Numbered from the stretch's first letter, positions 1 to 10,607 are shown. The stretch is 64,000 nucleotides of DNA from Candidatus Niyogibacteria bacterium (GCA_016181935.1 JACOYI010000004.1:5292-69291), one strand, 5' to 3'. The notes: generated by a model not told the origin, from the sequence alone. Numbers and translations: made by a program.

Positions 1-208
1 TCGGATTCTTCCTTTCCGTTTCCTTTCCCGGCTTACCAGCGCCCACTTCATATCCGTCGCCGGACCAAAGCACATGATATAACATCTCGTTTCGAGAGGG
101 ACCGCTTGGTAACGAAACCGAGTCCTCAATACTCTTCGCTCGAAGAGCTTTTGCAGACCCGATCTCCTCCGGATCAAGTTGTAGAAGTTTAGTTAGTTTC
201 TTTGACAT
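1..208 (-). CDS. hypothetical protein, partial (only N-terminal ~69 aa in window)
   Basis: Open minus-strand frame from ATG 206-208 to window edge (MSKKLTKLLQLDPEEIG...); divergent from dcm; no recognisable motif. Confidence 0.25.
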   Translation of the reverse strand, partial: MSKKLTKLLQLDPEEIGSAKALRAKSIEDSVSLPSGPSRNEMLYHVLWSGDGYEVGAGKPGKETERKNP

Positions 209-267
209 GAAGGTGTGGATAACTCGATCTTGATCGATCTCGTTGAATCTGATAAGATCAAAACGCT

Positions 268-1566
268 ATGCAAAAACGGCAGCCCAAGAATACAACAAAA
301 CAACGATTTACGCAAGACAGGCCGTTGCGGGTCGTGGAATTATTCGCCGGCGTCGGCGGCTTCCGTCTTGGTCTCGAAAATTGCAAAACGAAAAAAAAAT
401 TCAAATACAAAGTGGTATGGAGCAATCAATGGGAGCCCGCTACAAAAAAACAGCACGCATCTGAGGTTTATATAAATCGCTTTGAATCCGAAAATCATTC
501 GAACGAGGACATCGCACAAGTTAAAACATCCAACATTCCGGACCACGACCTGCTCGTCGGCGGATTCCCCTGCCAAGATTATTCGGTCGCGCGAGTGCTT
601 TCCCATGCTGCCGGGATTGTCGGGAAAAAAGGAGTTCTGTGGTGGCAAATTCATCGAATTTTAAAAGAAAAAGGCTCGCGGGCGCCGTCCTGTCTCATGC
701 TTGAAAATGTGGATCGCCTTTTGAAATCTCCCGTATCACAACGAGGGCGCGACTTTGCCATCATGCTCGCCTCGTTGAATGATCTCGGCTACGTCGTGGA
801 ATGGCGAGTGATCAATGCTGCCGATTATGGCATGCCGCAACGGCGTCGGCGCATATTCATATTGGGATATAAAAAAAACACCTCCATCTATCAAAAAATC
901 GCGGGCCTCAAAAATCCGTCCGACTGGATAAAAAACCACGGCACCGCGGCGAAGGCGTTTCCGATAAAAGAAAGCCTCGATTCCAAAAGTTTTAAAATTG
1001 ATGGTGGGTTCGCGGAAATCTCTGAAAATTTCAATAAAAATGGCGGCCAAACAACGCCATTCAAAAACGCTGGGATTGTGATAAATAGAAACGTGACAAC
1101 ACTCGAAACAAAGCCGAACTATCGAGGAAAACACTTGGTTCTCGGCGATATCACGCTCGATGAAAATGATGTCTCAAAGGAATTTTTCATAGAAAAAAAA
1201 GATCTGCCGCAATGGCAATATTTAAAAGGTGCGAAAAAAGAGGAAAGAAGTGGACAAAATGGGTTTAAATTTTTCTACAATGAGGGATCGATGGTCTTTC
1301 CGGATCCGTTAGATAAACCATCGCGAACGATCATCACCGGCGAGGGCGGCCCCACACCGTCTCGATTCAAACACGTCATCAAAACTGCATCCGGAAAACT
1401 GCGCCGACTTACTCCACTTGAACTCGAGCGTCTTTGTATGTTTCCCGAAGATCACACAGCGGGGCAACCCGATATAAAACGAGCATTTTTTATGGGAAAT
1501 GCGCTGGTCGTCGGTGTCATTGAAAAATTAGGCGAAGCATTGGCCCAAAAAATCAACGAGGCCTGA
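268..1566 (+). CDS. dcm: DNA (cytosine-5)-methyltransferase
   Basis: 432 aa; motif I ELFAGVGGFRLG, motif IV GGFPCQDYS, ENV motif; C-terminal target-recognition region. Confidence 0.9.
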   Translation: MQKRQPKNTTKQRFTQDRPLRVVELFAGVGGFRLGLENCKTKKKFKYKVVWSNQWEPATKKQHASEVYINRFESENHSNEDIAQVKTSNIPDHDLLVGGFPCQDYSVARVLSHAAGIVGKKGVLWWQIHRILKEKGSRAPSCLMLENVDRLLKSPVSQRGRDFAIMLASLNDLGYVVEWRVINAADYGMPQRRRRIFILGYKKNTSIYQKIAGLKNPSDWIKNHGTAAKAFPIKESLDSKSFKIDGGFAEISENFNKNGGQTTPFKNAGIVINRNVTTLETKPNYRGKHLVLGDITLDENDVSKEFFIEKKDLPQWQYLKGAKKEERSGQNGFKFFYNEGSMVFPDPLDKPSRTIITGEGGPTPSRFKHVIKTASGKLRRLTPLELERLCMFPEDHTAGQPDIKRAFFMGNALVVGVIEKLGEALAQKINEA

Positions 1567-1996
1567 CTTTCAATTTGTCTCTCAATTTTTCAATGACTTT
1601 ATTGGCATCTTTCTTGATATCACATTCCCAAATCACAACTGACGACCATCCCATTGCTCGTAATTCTCGAATTTTTTTCTTATCGCGAATCTGATTATTT
1701 AAAAATTTCTTACGCCAAAACTCTCGATTATGCTTCGGCATCGGATTCTCGCATTTCGGACATTGATGCCAAAAACAACCGTTTATGAAAATAGCCAGTT
1801 TCTTTTTTAGAAAAGCTATGTCCGGCCTACCCGGCAACGACGTATGCAAGCGAAAACCCTCAAGCCCTATTCGTCTTAACTCATGCCGAACTTGAAATTC
1901 TGGTGAAGTATTTTTACTACGATTCGCGCTCATCACCCTAGAAACGAATACGGATTTTGATTTGGGCGAACGTTTGTCTCGTAAAAATCTCGGCAT
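1553..1996 (-). CDS. vsr: very short patch repair endonuclease
   Basis: 147 aa; LPGRPD, GCFWH, FW..K...N..RD, GW..IWEC motifs match Vsr; convergent 14-nt overlap with dcm; AT-rich. Confidence 0.85.
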   Translation of the reverse strand: MPRFLRDKRSPKSKSVFVSRVMSANRSKNTSPEFQVRHELRRIGLEGFRLHTSLPGRPDIAFLKKKLAIFINGCFWHQCPKCENPMPKHNREFWRKKFLNNQIRDKKKIRELRAMGWSSVVIWECDIKKDANKVIEKLRDKLKVRPR

Positions 1997-2034
1997 AAAA
2001 AAATTAAATCGGGTCGCGAGATTTAAATCTTTTA

Positions 2035-2625
2035 CTATTTCGCTCCTGATTGCTTTTCCGTAATAAGATTTAGCTTATTTAGAGCCCCAACAGTAAGCTT
2101 GATTAACTCTTCACTATCTTTTGATATTTTCTCGCTTTCTTTAAATTCCTTATCCAAATCAAATTTCACCAATTTCATGCTACCCGGTTTTTTTTGTTTC
2201 TTGTCGTCTGGTAGCTCTTCGTTGCTCTTTCGGACGTAATAACCAACTCCTCCCTCGTTTGGAAAGACGAGATGATGATGAGCTAAGTTGTTTCTTATAT
2301 TTTGTAATCTTTTTATTGATTCGCAAATATCTAACCACCTCTTTTTTTCAAAACAAATCCCGTTTTCTTCGCAAACTCTCCAAACCCCTTTTATAACCTT
2401 AACCAACAAGCGCCTCTTGTTTTCAATACTCGGAAAGACATTTTCATCCGCCATCGCATCATTGAAAATAAAATTTTTTTCGGATTGTGGGTTGGAAATA
2501 TCGGTAAAGAAAATCGAGAGGGTTGTTATAATCAGGGTTTCTATTTTATTAAGATTATAAATAATTCCTCCAATATTTTTAAAAATTTCCGGATATTTTT
2601 CTTGTAATTCTCTGGTAGTTGTCAT
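2035..2625 (-). CDS. hypothetical protein with HEPN-like Rx4HH motif (possible Abi/HEPN RNase)
   Basis: ORF 2035..2787 trimmed to ATG at 2623-2625 because upstream part overlaps tRNA-Ser; 197 aa, very AT-rich, motif IRNNLAHHH. Confidence 0.45.
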   Translation of the reverse strand: MTTTRELQEKYPEIFKNIGGIIYNLNKIETLIITTLSIFFTDISNPQSEKNFIFNDAMADENVFPSIENKRRLLVKVIKGVWRVCEENGICFEKKRWLDICESIKRLQNIRNNLAHHHLVFPNEGGVGYYVRKSNEELPDDKKQKKPGSMKLVKFDLDKEFKESEKISKDSEELIKLTVGALNKLNLITEKQSGAK

Positions 2626-2732
2626 CTTATTAGCATTTTTACAAGCTCTTGCTTTGTGTCTGCCTCTAAGCAGGCGCACTCTTTCGCTTCTACGGCAAAA
2701 GCCGGGGTTTCTAGTATCCCGTATCTTCACAG

Positions 2733-2819
2733 CGGAGAGGGCGAGATTCGAACTCGCGGCGGAGTTTCCCCCGCACTTGCTTTCCAAGCAAGCGCACTAG
2801 ACCACTATGCGACCTCTCC
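2733..2819 (-). tRNA. tRNA-Ser (anticodon GGA)
   Basis: Cloverleaf read by eye: acceptor GGAGAGG/CCTCTCC, anticodon loop TTGGAAA, long variable arm, T-loop TTCGAAT. Confidence 0.85.
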
Positions 2820-2848
2820 GGATATTCGGAAGCCCATAGGGCTTCCGG

Positions 2849-3169
2849 TTATTTTTTCTTCTCGTCTTCCAACTGCTGGATCATCAGCTTGTTGCCGATG
2901 AATCCGACAAAGTGCTTCCGCGACGCATTCCCGCCCCGCGAAATCTCGGTGCGATATGCGCTGAACTCCTCGTTCGACAAGGCGTGGTTCCCGAGCTTCT
3001 CCCAGATGGCGCGGTCCTCCTCCGTCAATGCGTCCGGATTTAATTCCGAAAAATGCGCGGTTGCGGCCTCACCGGATTCCTCCTCCGCCTTCAGCTCCCA
3101 CATTTCGGCGCGAAAGGATTCGAGCCCGTTTTCGGACGATTCCATCGGCGTTTCTCGTTCGGCTTTCAT
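2849..3169 (-). CDS. hypothetical acidic protein
   Basis: 106 aa from ATG 3167-3169 with GAGGGA Shine-Dalgarno 7 nt upstream; ATGA start/stop overlap with htpX. Confidence 0.4.
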   Translation of the reverse strand: MKAERETPMESSENGLESFRAEMWELKAEEESGEAATAHFSELNPDALTEEDRAIWEKLGNHALSNEEFSAYRTEISRGGNASRKHFVGFIGNKLMIQQLEDEKKK

Positions 3170-4062
3170 ATCGTCATCCCTCGTAAGCGCGCGATTCGTT
3201 CCTGAATCGGTGGGTGCGTCATGAACAATTTCGCTACGGTAGTATGCGTCTTTCCGTGGGGATCCGCAAGCCACAGGTGCGCCGTGGCGTTGTTGGCTCG
3301 GCGCATCGGTTGAGTGTACGCTCCGATTTTCTCGAGCGCCGAGGCAAGCCCGTCGGGATAGCGCGTAAGCAACGCGCCAGACGCATCGGCCAAAAATTCG
3401 CGCTTACGCGAAATGGCGAGCTGGATGAGCATCGCCGCAATGGGCGCCAAAATGGATAACGCGATGCCGATAACAAGCATGATCGCGCCGCCGCGTCCGC
3501 TGTCGCGATCCCCGCCGCGAAACCCTCCCCAGAGCATCGAGCGCATGAACATGTCGGACAAAAGCGCGATGAACCCCACCAGAACTACCGCCACGGTCGA
3601 GACCAGCATGTCGCGATTGCCGATGTGGGAGAGTTCGTGGGCCAAAACCCCCTCGAGTTCGGTGCGATTCAGGCGCTCCAAAAGCCCGCGCGTTACGGCT
3701 ACTACGCCATGCTCGGCATTGCGCCCCGTCGCGAACGCATTGGGCGCGGCGTCATCCACGATGTATACGCGGGGCATCGGGAGACCGGCGGTGATGGCAA
3801 GATTTTCAACGACATTGTAGAGCTCCGGCGCCTGTGATTTTTGAATGGGTTTGGCCCCCGTCGCCGCCAAAACAATTTTGTCCGAATACCAATAGCTCAC
3901 CACATTCATGATGATGCTGAACAAAACCGCAAAAATCAGAATGGACGGGTTGCCATAGATGCGCGAAAACACCCACCCGATGCCGATGACCACGATGAAA
4001 AACAGGGTGAAAAGCGCCCATGTCCTGCGGATATTGGAATCGCGGTGCGTGTATAAGTCCAT
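3166..4062 (-). CDS. htpX: M48 family zinc metalloprotease HtpX
   Basis: 298 aa; HELSHIGNRD (HEXXH) motif, N-terminal TM helices. Confidence 0.9.
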   Translation of the reverse strand: MDLYTHRDSNIRRTWALFTLFFIVVIGIGWVFSRIYGNPSILIFAVLFSIIMNVVSYWYSDKIVLAATGAKPIQKSQAPELYNVVENLAITAGLPMPRVYIVDDAAPNAFATGRNAEHGVVAVTRGLLERLNRTELEGVLAHELSHIGNRDMLVSTVAVVLVGFIALLSDMFMRSMLWGGFRGGDRDSGRGGAIMLVIGIALSILAPIAAMLIQLAISRKREFLADASGALLTRYPDGLASALEKIGAYTQPMRRANNATAHLWLADPHGKTHTTVAKLFMTHPPIQERIARLRGMTI

Positions 4063-4127
4063 CCTCTATATATGAAGCAAAATGGCCCAAAAGAAAAGTC
4101 CCGCATCCACCAGTTGGCGGAGCGGGA

Positions 4128-4328
4128 TCAATGCTTGACTTCGACGAGTAGTTGCCTGCGTGCGGGCTCGCCCGGTTTCGGATCGGGAACGGGTTCCCAA
4201 TCCGTTTGAAAATATTTGAAACAGTGTGAACACCACGCGCCGCGAGTTGTATCCTGAAGGATGGTTTTGTCGTGCGGACACTTGAGCGGCCGCGGCACAA
4301 GCCCGCCACTGACAATTTCCTGCCCCAT
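4128..4328 (-). CDS. small zinc-ribbon-like hypothetical protein
   Basis: 66 aa from internal Met (MGQEIVSGG...); CPHD...CSHC cysteine/histidine pairs; sits in htpX-lemA intergenic gap. Confidence 0.3.
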   Translation of the reverse strand: MGQEIVSGGLVPRPLKCPHDKTILQDTTRGAWCSHCFKYFQTDWEPVPDPKPGEPARRQLLVEVKH

Positions 4329-4405
4329 GGCATTCTCCCGTCTAGAGTTCTGATCCAATTCCACTATACACCAAAAAAGCTCAAAGGGTAGTCCTTTGGG
4401 AAGGC

Positions 4406-4963
4406 CTAAAACTTCACCTTGACCGGCTCGCGCTCGGCCGCCGAGTCGATCTGGAAGAATTTTTCTTTCGAGAATTTAAAAAGCGAGGCAATGAAATTCG
4501 CGGGGAACGAATCCACCATCGTGTTCAACGCCATCACCGTGGAATTGTAGAACCGGCGCGCCGCCTGTATCTTGTTCTCCGTATCCGCAAGTTCGCGCTG
4601 AAGTTCGACAAAGTTGGTATTCGCCTTAAGGTCGGGATAATTTTCGGAGACCGCAAAGAGCGATTTTAACGCCGAGGTCAGCATATTGTCCTTGTCCGCG
4701 TGGTCGAGCGCCGAACCCGATGCGCCCATCGCTTCGGTCCGCGCGCGCGTCACATTTTCGAGCACGCTTTTTTCGTGCGCCATGTATCCTTTCACCGCCT
4801 CGATGAGATTCGGAATGAGGTCGAACCGCCGCTTGAGTTGCACATCAATATCCGAGAGCGCCTCGTGCGAACGGAACCGGAGCGTCACAAAACGGTTGTA
4901 CGCGTAGACGGCCCAAAGAACCGCGAGAACAACGACCCCTAGTACGAACCAAAGTATTTGCAT
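4406..4963 (-). CDS. lemA: LemA family protein
   Basis: 185 aa; N-terminal TM then LemA-like sequence; LemA-HtpX pairing is common. Confidence 0.8.
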   Translation of the reverse strand: MQILWFVLGVVVLAVLWAVYAYNRFVTLRFRSHEALSDIDVQLKRRFDLIPNLIEAVKGYMAHEKSVLENVTRARTEAMGASGSALDHADKDNMLTSALKSLFAVSENYPDLKANTNFVELQRELADTENKIQAARRFYNSTVMALNTMVDSFPANFIASLFKFSKEKFFQIDSAAEREPVKVKF

Positions 4964-5003
4964 GTATTCAGACTACCACTCGAGCAAATAAAAACAAGAG
5001 CCG

Positions 5004-5453
5004 CTAATGCGACTCTTGCGTATTTCTGCCTTCGGAAAACGGGAGCAGAGTGCCAACCAACAGCAACTCCGCCGCAAAGGACGTGAAAAGAACCAGCAGA
5101 AGCTGAAGGAATACGATCAAGGCCTGCGCGGGCCAACTTGCCGAATCAGAAAACTCGGGCACAATGGCCGGACTCATGACCATCGCGAACCAGCCCAAAA
5201 TCACCACACTTACCATAAAAACGAGCGTATGCGACCATCCCACGATGCCGTTCGGCATCGAAATCCTGATGTTGCAGTCTTCGTCGAGTTTTTTCGTGAA
5301 CTTTTTCTGGAACACCACGAATTTGATCGCGCCGCATACGGCGCCGATGAGCAAAAGCATCGAAACCACCTGCACGCCCCGCAACGCAAGAACCGCGAAG
5401 AAAAAGATACTGGCGAAGAACAAGGCGAACATGAACGCCGGATACCGCTCCAT
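5004..5453 (-). CDS. hypothetical membrane protein
   Basis: 149 aa, 4 predicted TM segments. Confidence 0.5.
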   Translation of the reverse strand: MERYPAFMFALFFASIFFFAVLALRGVQVVSMLLLIGAVCGAIKFVVFQKKFTKKLDEDCNIRISMPNGIVGWSHTLVFMVSVVILGWFAMVMSPAIVPEFSDSASWPAQALIVFLQLLLVLFTSFAAELLLVGTLLPFSEGRNTQESH

Positions 5454-5575
5454 GGGTGCCTCCTTATCAAAGAGTGCTGAAAATACCTTAAATCAAAATA
5501 TTCGCTATGTCAATGAACCAAAAACGCCTAATAAAGAAAACCCCTTGCCGAAGCAAGGAGTTGCGAACCGGAGAA

Positions 5576-6199
5576 CTATTTGACCAAGACCACGGGACAC
5601 GAATGTTCTTTGAGCGCGCGGAAAAATGCGGCAAGGAGCGGCACGCGGCCGAAAACCATGCCGATTGACGCTATCATAACCGCGAACAGCATAAGCGCCA
5701 AAATAAGGGATATGATCCAAAACCCCATAACGCCGCCCCCCTCCATGTCCTTCAGTTGGCTGAGCGGGACCCCGCGAGAAAGATAGAAGATGCCTGCGGC
5801 GAATCCCCAGAGCAAATATGCCAAAAACGCCACGACGACAACCACGACCAGCAACGCTACGCCGACCCAGACGGTCTTCCAGAAAATGGCACACCCCGAG
5901 AGCCGCCCCGGGTGCCACTTGTCTCCGTAGAACTCCTTCATCAGGCGGTAATACCCCGAGTTGTGGGGAATGATGAGGGCGCCGGACGATGGGTCAGCCG
6001 CGAACGTGGCGAAGCTCGACACGAAAAGGAAGATGGCGGGAATGAAAAACAGCGAGCTTCCTGTTGCCGCGAGTAGCGTGACGACCATCGGACCAGCTTC
6101 CGAAACGCCGAGCTCCGACGCCACCCAGCCCGCAAACCACGCGGATGCCGCCATGATCAGCAAAAGACCTGCGCGAAAGACGTTCAGACGAGAAAGCAT
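5576..6199 (-). CDS. hypothetical membrane protein
   Basis: 207 aa, multiple hydrophobic helices. Confidence 0.5.
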   Translation of the reverse strand: MLSRLNVFRAGLLLIMAASAWFAGWVASELGVSEAGPMVVTLLAATGSSLFFIPAIFLFVSSFATFAADPSSGALIIPHNSGYYRLMKEFYGDKWHPGRLSGCAIFWKTVWVGVALLVVVVVVAFLAYLLWGFAAGIFYLSRGVPLSQLKDMEGGGVMGFWIISLILALMLFAVMIASIGMVFGRVPLLAAFFRALKEHSCPVVLVK

Positions 6200-6280
6200 G
6201 CTGTTCTCCTTTGCGAGTTAATGTTCAAAACAAAGAATCCAATGCCATTAGAGCATCGGATTCTTTGAAAGTCAACTCTT

Positions 6281-6316
6281 AAGGGTTACCCTTAGGATCG
6301 GATAAGGGTAACCCTT
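6281..6316. repeat. REP-like palindromic element (AAGGGTTACCCTT-N10-AAGGGTAACCCTT)
   Basis: Inverted 13-mers with 10-nt spacer aggatcggat, between groEL stop and next gene. Confidence 0.7.
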
Positions 6317-6326
6317 GGGGGGGCGC

Positions 6327-7985
<1,659 letters not shown>

Positions 7986-7994
7986 CTAGTCGAA

Positions 7995-8297
7995 TTAGTT
8001 AATGATTGCGAGGATGTCCTCCTCCTTTACGATGAGATAATTCTTGCCGTCGAGTTTCAGCTCGGTCGGGCCGTATTTGGAAAACAACACGCGGTCGCCT
8101 TTTTTCACGGCGAGCGGGATCAATTTCCCTTCATCGGTATGACGGCCCTTGCCCGTTGCAATGACCTTTCCCTGCTCCGGACGCTCCTTTTCGGCGGTAT
8201 CCGGAATCACGAGGCCGGACTTGGTGCGGCCCTCCGTGTCCTCTTTTGACAAGGGCTCCACCAGCACCCGATCCCCCAATGGTTGAACTTTCAGCAT
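7995..8297 (-). CDS. groES: co-chaperonin GroES
   Basis: 100 aa Cpn10. Confidence 0.97.
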   Translation of the reverse strand: MLKVQPLGDRVLVEPLSKEDTEGRTKSGLVIPDTAEKERPEQGKVIATGKGRHTDEGKLIPLAVKKGDRVLFSKYGPTELKLDGKNYLIVKEEDILAIIN

Positions 8298-8338
8298 AAA
8301 AATGTGGTGAAAGAATGCTAATTGTTTTTACAAGACGC

Positions 8339-8366
8339 ATTATAGCGAGCGCCCGAAAATCGTCAA
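8339..8366 (-). promoter_or_regulatory. sigma70-like promoter of groES-groEL (TTGACG-N16-TATAAT)
   Basis: Minus-strand TTGACG (8361-8366) and TATAAT (8339-8344) about 45 nt upstream of groES ATG. Confidence 0.5.
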
Positions 8367-8405
8367 GTCCCGCCCGGACGCTCGCCCCCAAAGATGGTCC
8401 TTTTC

Positions 8406-8442
8406 AAGGGGAGTCCTTAGGAATCGGAAAAGGACTCCTCCT
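8406..8442. repeat. REP-like palindromic element (GGGGAGTCCTT-N11-AAGGACTCCTCC)
   Basis: Inverted repeat with spacer aggaatcggaa; same architecture as the other copies. Confidence 0.65.
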
Positions 8443-8454
8443 AAGGTATCCTTA

Positions 8455-8483
8455 ACAAAAAAACCGCGCTTTGTTCAGCGCGG
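8455..8483 (-). terminator. rho-independent terminator
   Basis: Minus strand CCGCGCT-GAACAA-AGCGCGG followed by TTTTTTT; overlaps stop codon of 8475..8714 gene. Confidence 0.7.
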
Positions 8484-8714
8484 CCAGTTGCAACTCACCG
8501 AGTCATAACCCAATCCCACAACACACTCGACACCACTCGACAAGCGAAGATAGTAAACAAAACCCGTATCGGTGATCAGTATCTTGCGAATTTCTACGGG
8601 CATTTCGTGCTTTGTGATTTTCTGAATTGTTTTCCATTCTTCCTTGCTCGCCTCACAGCCGCCAAGAATACCGATGATCGCCACAACGACCAAGACAATC
8701 GCCCATCGTTTCAT
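8475..8714 (-). CDS. small secreted lipoprotein, SCNWP C-terminal family
   Basis: 79 aa from ATG 8712-8714 (AAGGAG SD); signal peptide with lipobox ILGGC; C-terminus ...SVSCNWPR; paralog of 9769..10044. Confidence 0.5.
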   Translation of the reverse strand: MKRWAIVLVVVAIIGILGGCEASKEEWKTIQKITKHEMPVEIRKILITDTGFVYYLRLSSGVECVVGLGYDSVSCNWPR

Positions 8715-8759
8715 CACATTCTCCTTTGATGACAAGGTTCGTTCGGGGACTGAAAAGAA

Positions 8760-8793
8760 TATAGTACATCTTAAAATCCCTGTCAATCCTTTG
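8760..8793 (-). promoter_or_regulatory. strong promoter AAGGATTGACA-N17-TATATT
   Basis: Minus-strand TTGACA (8783-8788), 17-nt spacer, TATATT (8760-8765); first of four promoters sharing AAGGATTGACA. Confidence 0.5.
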
Positions 8794-8841
8794 CCAAGCA
8801 TGATACGATGGCAACGAGAAGAACTTTTTATCGGAGGAGCC

Positions 8842-9240
8842 ATGGCCTACAGCGAAAAGGTCCTCGACCATTACGCGAATCCCAAAAACGTGGGGACGCT
8901 CGACAGGAACGCCCCCGATGTCGGCACCGGACTGGTGGGTGCCCCCGAATGCGGCGACGTGATGAAACTGCAGATACAGGTGGACGAAAATGGCGTCATC
9001 GTGGACGCGAAATTCAAGACCTTTGGCTGCGGCTCGGCCATCGCGTCCTCCTCGCTCGCCACCGAATGGATCAAGGGCAAAACGCTCGAGGAGGCCGAGA
9101 AAATCAAAAACGTGGACATCGTGGAGGAGCTGTCGCTCCCACCCGTGAAGATCCACTGTTCGGTTCTCGCGGAGGACGCTATCAAATCCGCCATCGCGGA
9201 TTACAAGAAAAAACACGGCATTGAAGCTCCCGCGCCATAA
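8842..9240 (+). CDS. iscU: Fe-S cluster assembly scaffold IscU/NifU-like
   Basis: 132 aa from ATG 8842 (GGAGGAG SD); conserved cysteines and PPVKIHCS motif. Confidence 0.85.
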   Translation: MAYSEKVLDHYANPKNVGTLDRNAPDVGTGLVGAPECGDVMKLQIQVDENGVIVDAKFKTFGCGSAIASSSLATEWIKGKTLEEAEKIKNVDIVEELSLPPVKIHCSVLAEDAIKSAIADYKKKHGIEAPAP

Positions 9241-9243
9241 AAA

Positions 9244-9275
9244 TAGCCGCTAGCCATGGGCTGGCGGTTTTTTAG
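9244..9275 (+). terminator. rho-independent terminator after iscU
   Basis: GCCGCTAGCC-ATGG-GCTGGCGG hairpin followed by TTTTTT. Confidence 0.6.
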
Positions 9276-9287
9276 TTTAGAAAAAAA

Positions 9288-9524
9288 TTACCAAACACGC
9301 ACCGGACTTAATGGATGCAAAGGGTTCGCTGGACTTAGTGGGCTCAAAGGATCCAGAAGACTCTGAGGATTAGACTGATCTTTCCCGTGTTCCTCCGCTA
9401 GACGCTCGCGCGGCCTAATGTCGGACAAAATAATCGTACCGAGCACAGCGCCGAATATCATTATTGCCAATAGAACGATGCCAAAAATCATCCAGGGATC
9501 CCTCTGTTTGTTGCTCATAGACAC
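9288..9524 (-). CDS. small membrane protein with LSPLSPANPLHPLSP repeat
   Basis: 78 aa; one TM; preceded by AAGGATTGACA promoter (9570-9600) and 9-bp palindrome ATCGACATC-C-GATGTCGAT (9600-9618). Confidence 0.35.
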   Translation of the reverse strand: MSMSNKQRDPWMIFGIVLLAIMIFGAVLGTIILSDIRPRERLAEEHGKDQSNPQSLLDPLSPLSPANPLHPLSPVRVW

Positions 9525-9726
9525 GCCCCCTTCTGCTACGCGCTTACTGAATCTCCCCCACCAACCTATACAGTACTTAGAAAAGTGTCAATCCTTAATT
9601 CTATCGACATCCGATGTCGATAATTTTATCGGGGCGGTTTTTTCTTTTGCAATGAAAAGTCGGTCTAGAATAGCATCGTACACTTAAAATACGCTATAGC
9701 GTATTTTAAGTGTATGGGACGAATTG

Positions 9727-9763
9727 TTAAAAAAATAAATCCGCGCTCGCTTGGAACGCGGAT
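9727..9763 (-). terminator. rho-independent terminator
   Basis: Minus strand AATCCGCG...CGCGGATT hairpin followed by TTTATTTTTTT; near-identical copy at 10176-10204. Confidence 0.65.
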
Positions 9764-9768
9764 TCGGA

Positions 9769-10044
9769 CTACTTGGCCTGCGGCCAGTTGCAGGAAAGAC
9801 CCGCATGCGAATAGGACAAAACACAGGGGAGACCGTCGGGAAAACGAAAGCGCAGAGCGAGGATTATTGTCTCCCCCTTCTCGTTCAGAATTTGAAATGT
9901 TTGCCCAGATAGAACGGGAATTTCTTGCGCCGCCACCACTTCGCGCGGCTGGATGGCGGGTGTTTTGGTCAACCAAAGCGCGGCTGCAACAACAACGAAC
10001 AGCAAAGGAATCCAACCGTAAAGCACCCAATTTCGTTTCCACAT
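9769..10044 (-). CDS. small secreted protein, SCNWP C-terminal family
   Basis: 91 aa; signal anchor; C-terminus ...GLSCNWPQAK; aligns with 8475..8714 product over E-PV...C...SCNWP. Confidence 0.5.
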   Translation of the reverse strand: MWKRNWVLYGWIPLLFVVVAAALWLTKTPAIQPREVVAAQEIPVLSGQTFQILNEKGETIILALRFRFPDGLPCVLSYSHAGLSCNWPQAK

Positions 10045-10125
10045 TTCGCACTCCTTTCAATGTGCGTTTTTTCCGGACTGCTTTTCCAAATACTGTATAC
10101 AAAACTTCCGTGGGTTTGTCAACCA
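10045..10125 (-). promoter_or_regulatory. duplicated promoter + 5' leader (TTGACA-N17-TATACA, AAGGAG SD), copy 1
   Basis: About 80 nt nearly identical to 10608-10690; minus-strand ggTTGACA...TATACAgtatttggaaaagcagtccggaaaaaacgcacattgaaaggagtgcgaaATG. Confidence 0.6.
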
Positions 10126-10175
10126 TCACCGCAATCCTAGCCGCATTCCTACGGAATGCGGCATTTACTTTCAAT

Positions 10176-10204
10176 AAAAATCCGCGCTCACGGGGAACGC
10201 GGAC
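10176..10204 (-). terminator. rho-independent terminator
   Basis: TCCGCG..CGCGGA hairpin + T-run on minus strand; paralogous to 9727-9763. Confidence 0.6.
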
Positions 10205-10214
10205 TGACAAGACC

Positions 10215-10607
10215 TTACGGATGAACTGCGCTTCTTTTTACAGAAAGCTTCCGGACAAGAAACGTGGTCCCACCGTATACCGTCACAATGCCAGCGGGAA
10301 GCGTGGTTACAAAAAAAAGAAACTGGGACTCTCCTCCCCCATTACTTTCAGCGATGGCGAGGATGCCGATGAAGGTAGCGACAAGGAGGCCGATGACGAA
10401 AGCAGAACCATCTCCATCGGGGTCGATGCTGGTAAGGAAAAGAATGACGGCGAGGTAGAAAACAGCCGCGGAAACGATAAAGAGAACGAAGGAACCGGAA
10501 ACGGCGGCAAGGGCGAAGCCGTATTTCATATAGATGATCGTCCCGATAAGCAGCTGAACCGCGAAAACGCCCGTACTCCAAAACCAGATGATCGTCTTCT
10601 GACTCAT
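10215..10607 (-). CDS. small hydrophobic membrane protein
   Basis: 130 aa from ATG 10605-10607 (AAGGAGG SD), chosen by homology of the upstream region to the 10044 gene; 3-4 TM helices. Confidence 0.5.
   Translation of the reverse strand: MSQKTIIWFWSTGVFAVQLLIGTIIYMKYGFALAAVSGSFVLFIVSAAVFYLAVILFLTSIDPDGDGSAFVIGLLVATFIGILAIAESNGGGESQFLFFVTTLPAGIVTVYGGTTFLVRKLSVKRSAVHP

Noticed and set aside
2822-2860. Hairpin CCGGAAGCCC-ATA-GGGCTTCCGG + TTATTTTTT as a plus-strand terminator
   Set aside because: Correct terminator geometry on the plus strand, but no plus-strand gene ends upstream of it. It sits at the 5' end of the minus-strand tRNA-Ser. Function unclear, so not called.
2656-2901. ORF 2656..2901 (+) and N-terminal extension of ORF 2035..2787
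   Set aside because: Both overlap tRNA-Ser(GGA) at 2733-2819. The tRNA is far better supported, so the CDS was trimmed to start at 2625.
8298-8450. Looked for a CIRCE (TTAGCACTC-N9-GAGTGCTAA) HrcA operator upstream of groES
   Set aside because: Only a half-site-like TTAGCATTC is present. The nearby 9-bp inverted repeat with 11-nt spacer is a copy of the dispersed REP-like family, also found at non-heat-shock genes, not CIRCE.
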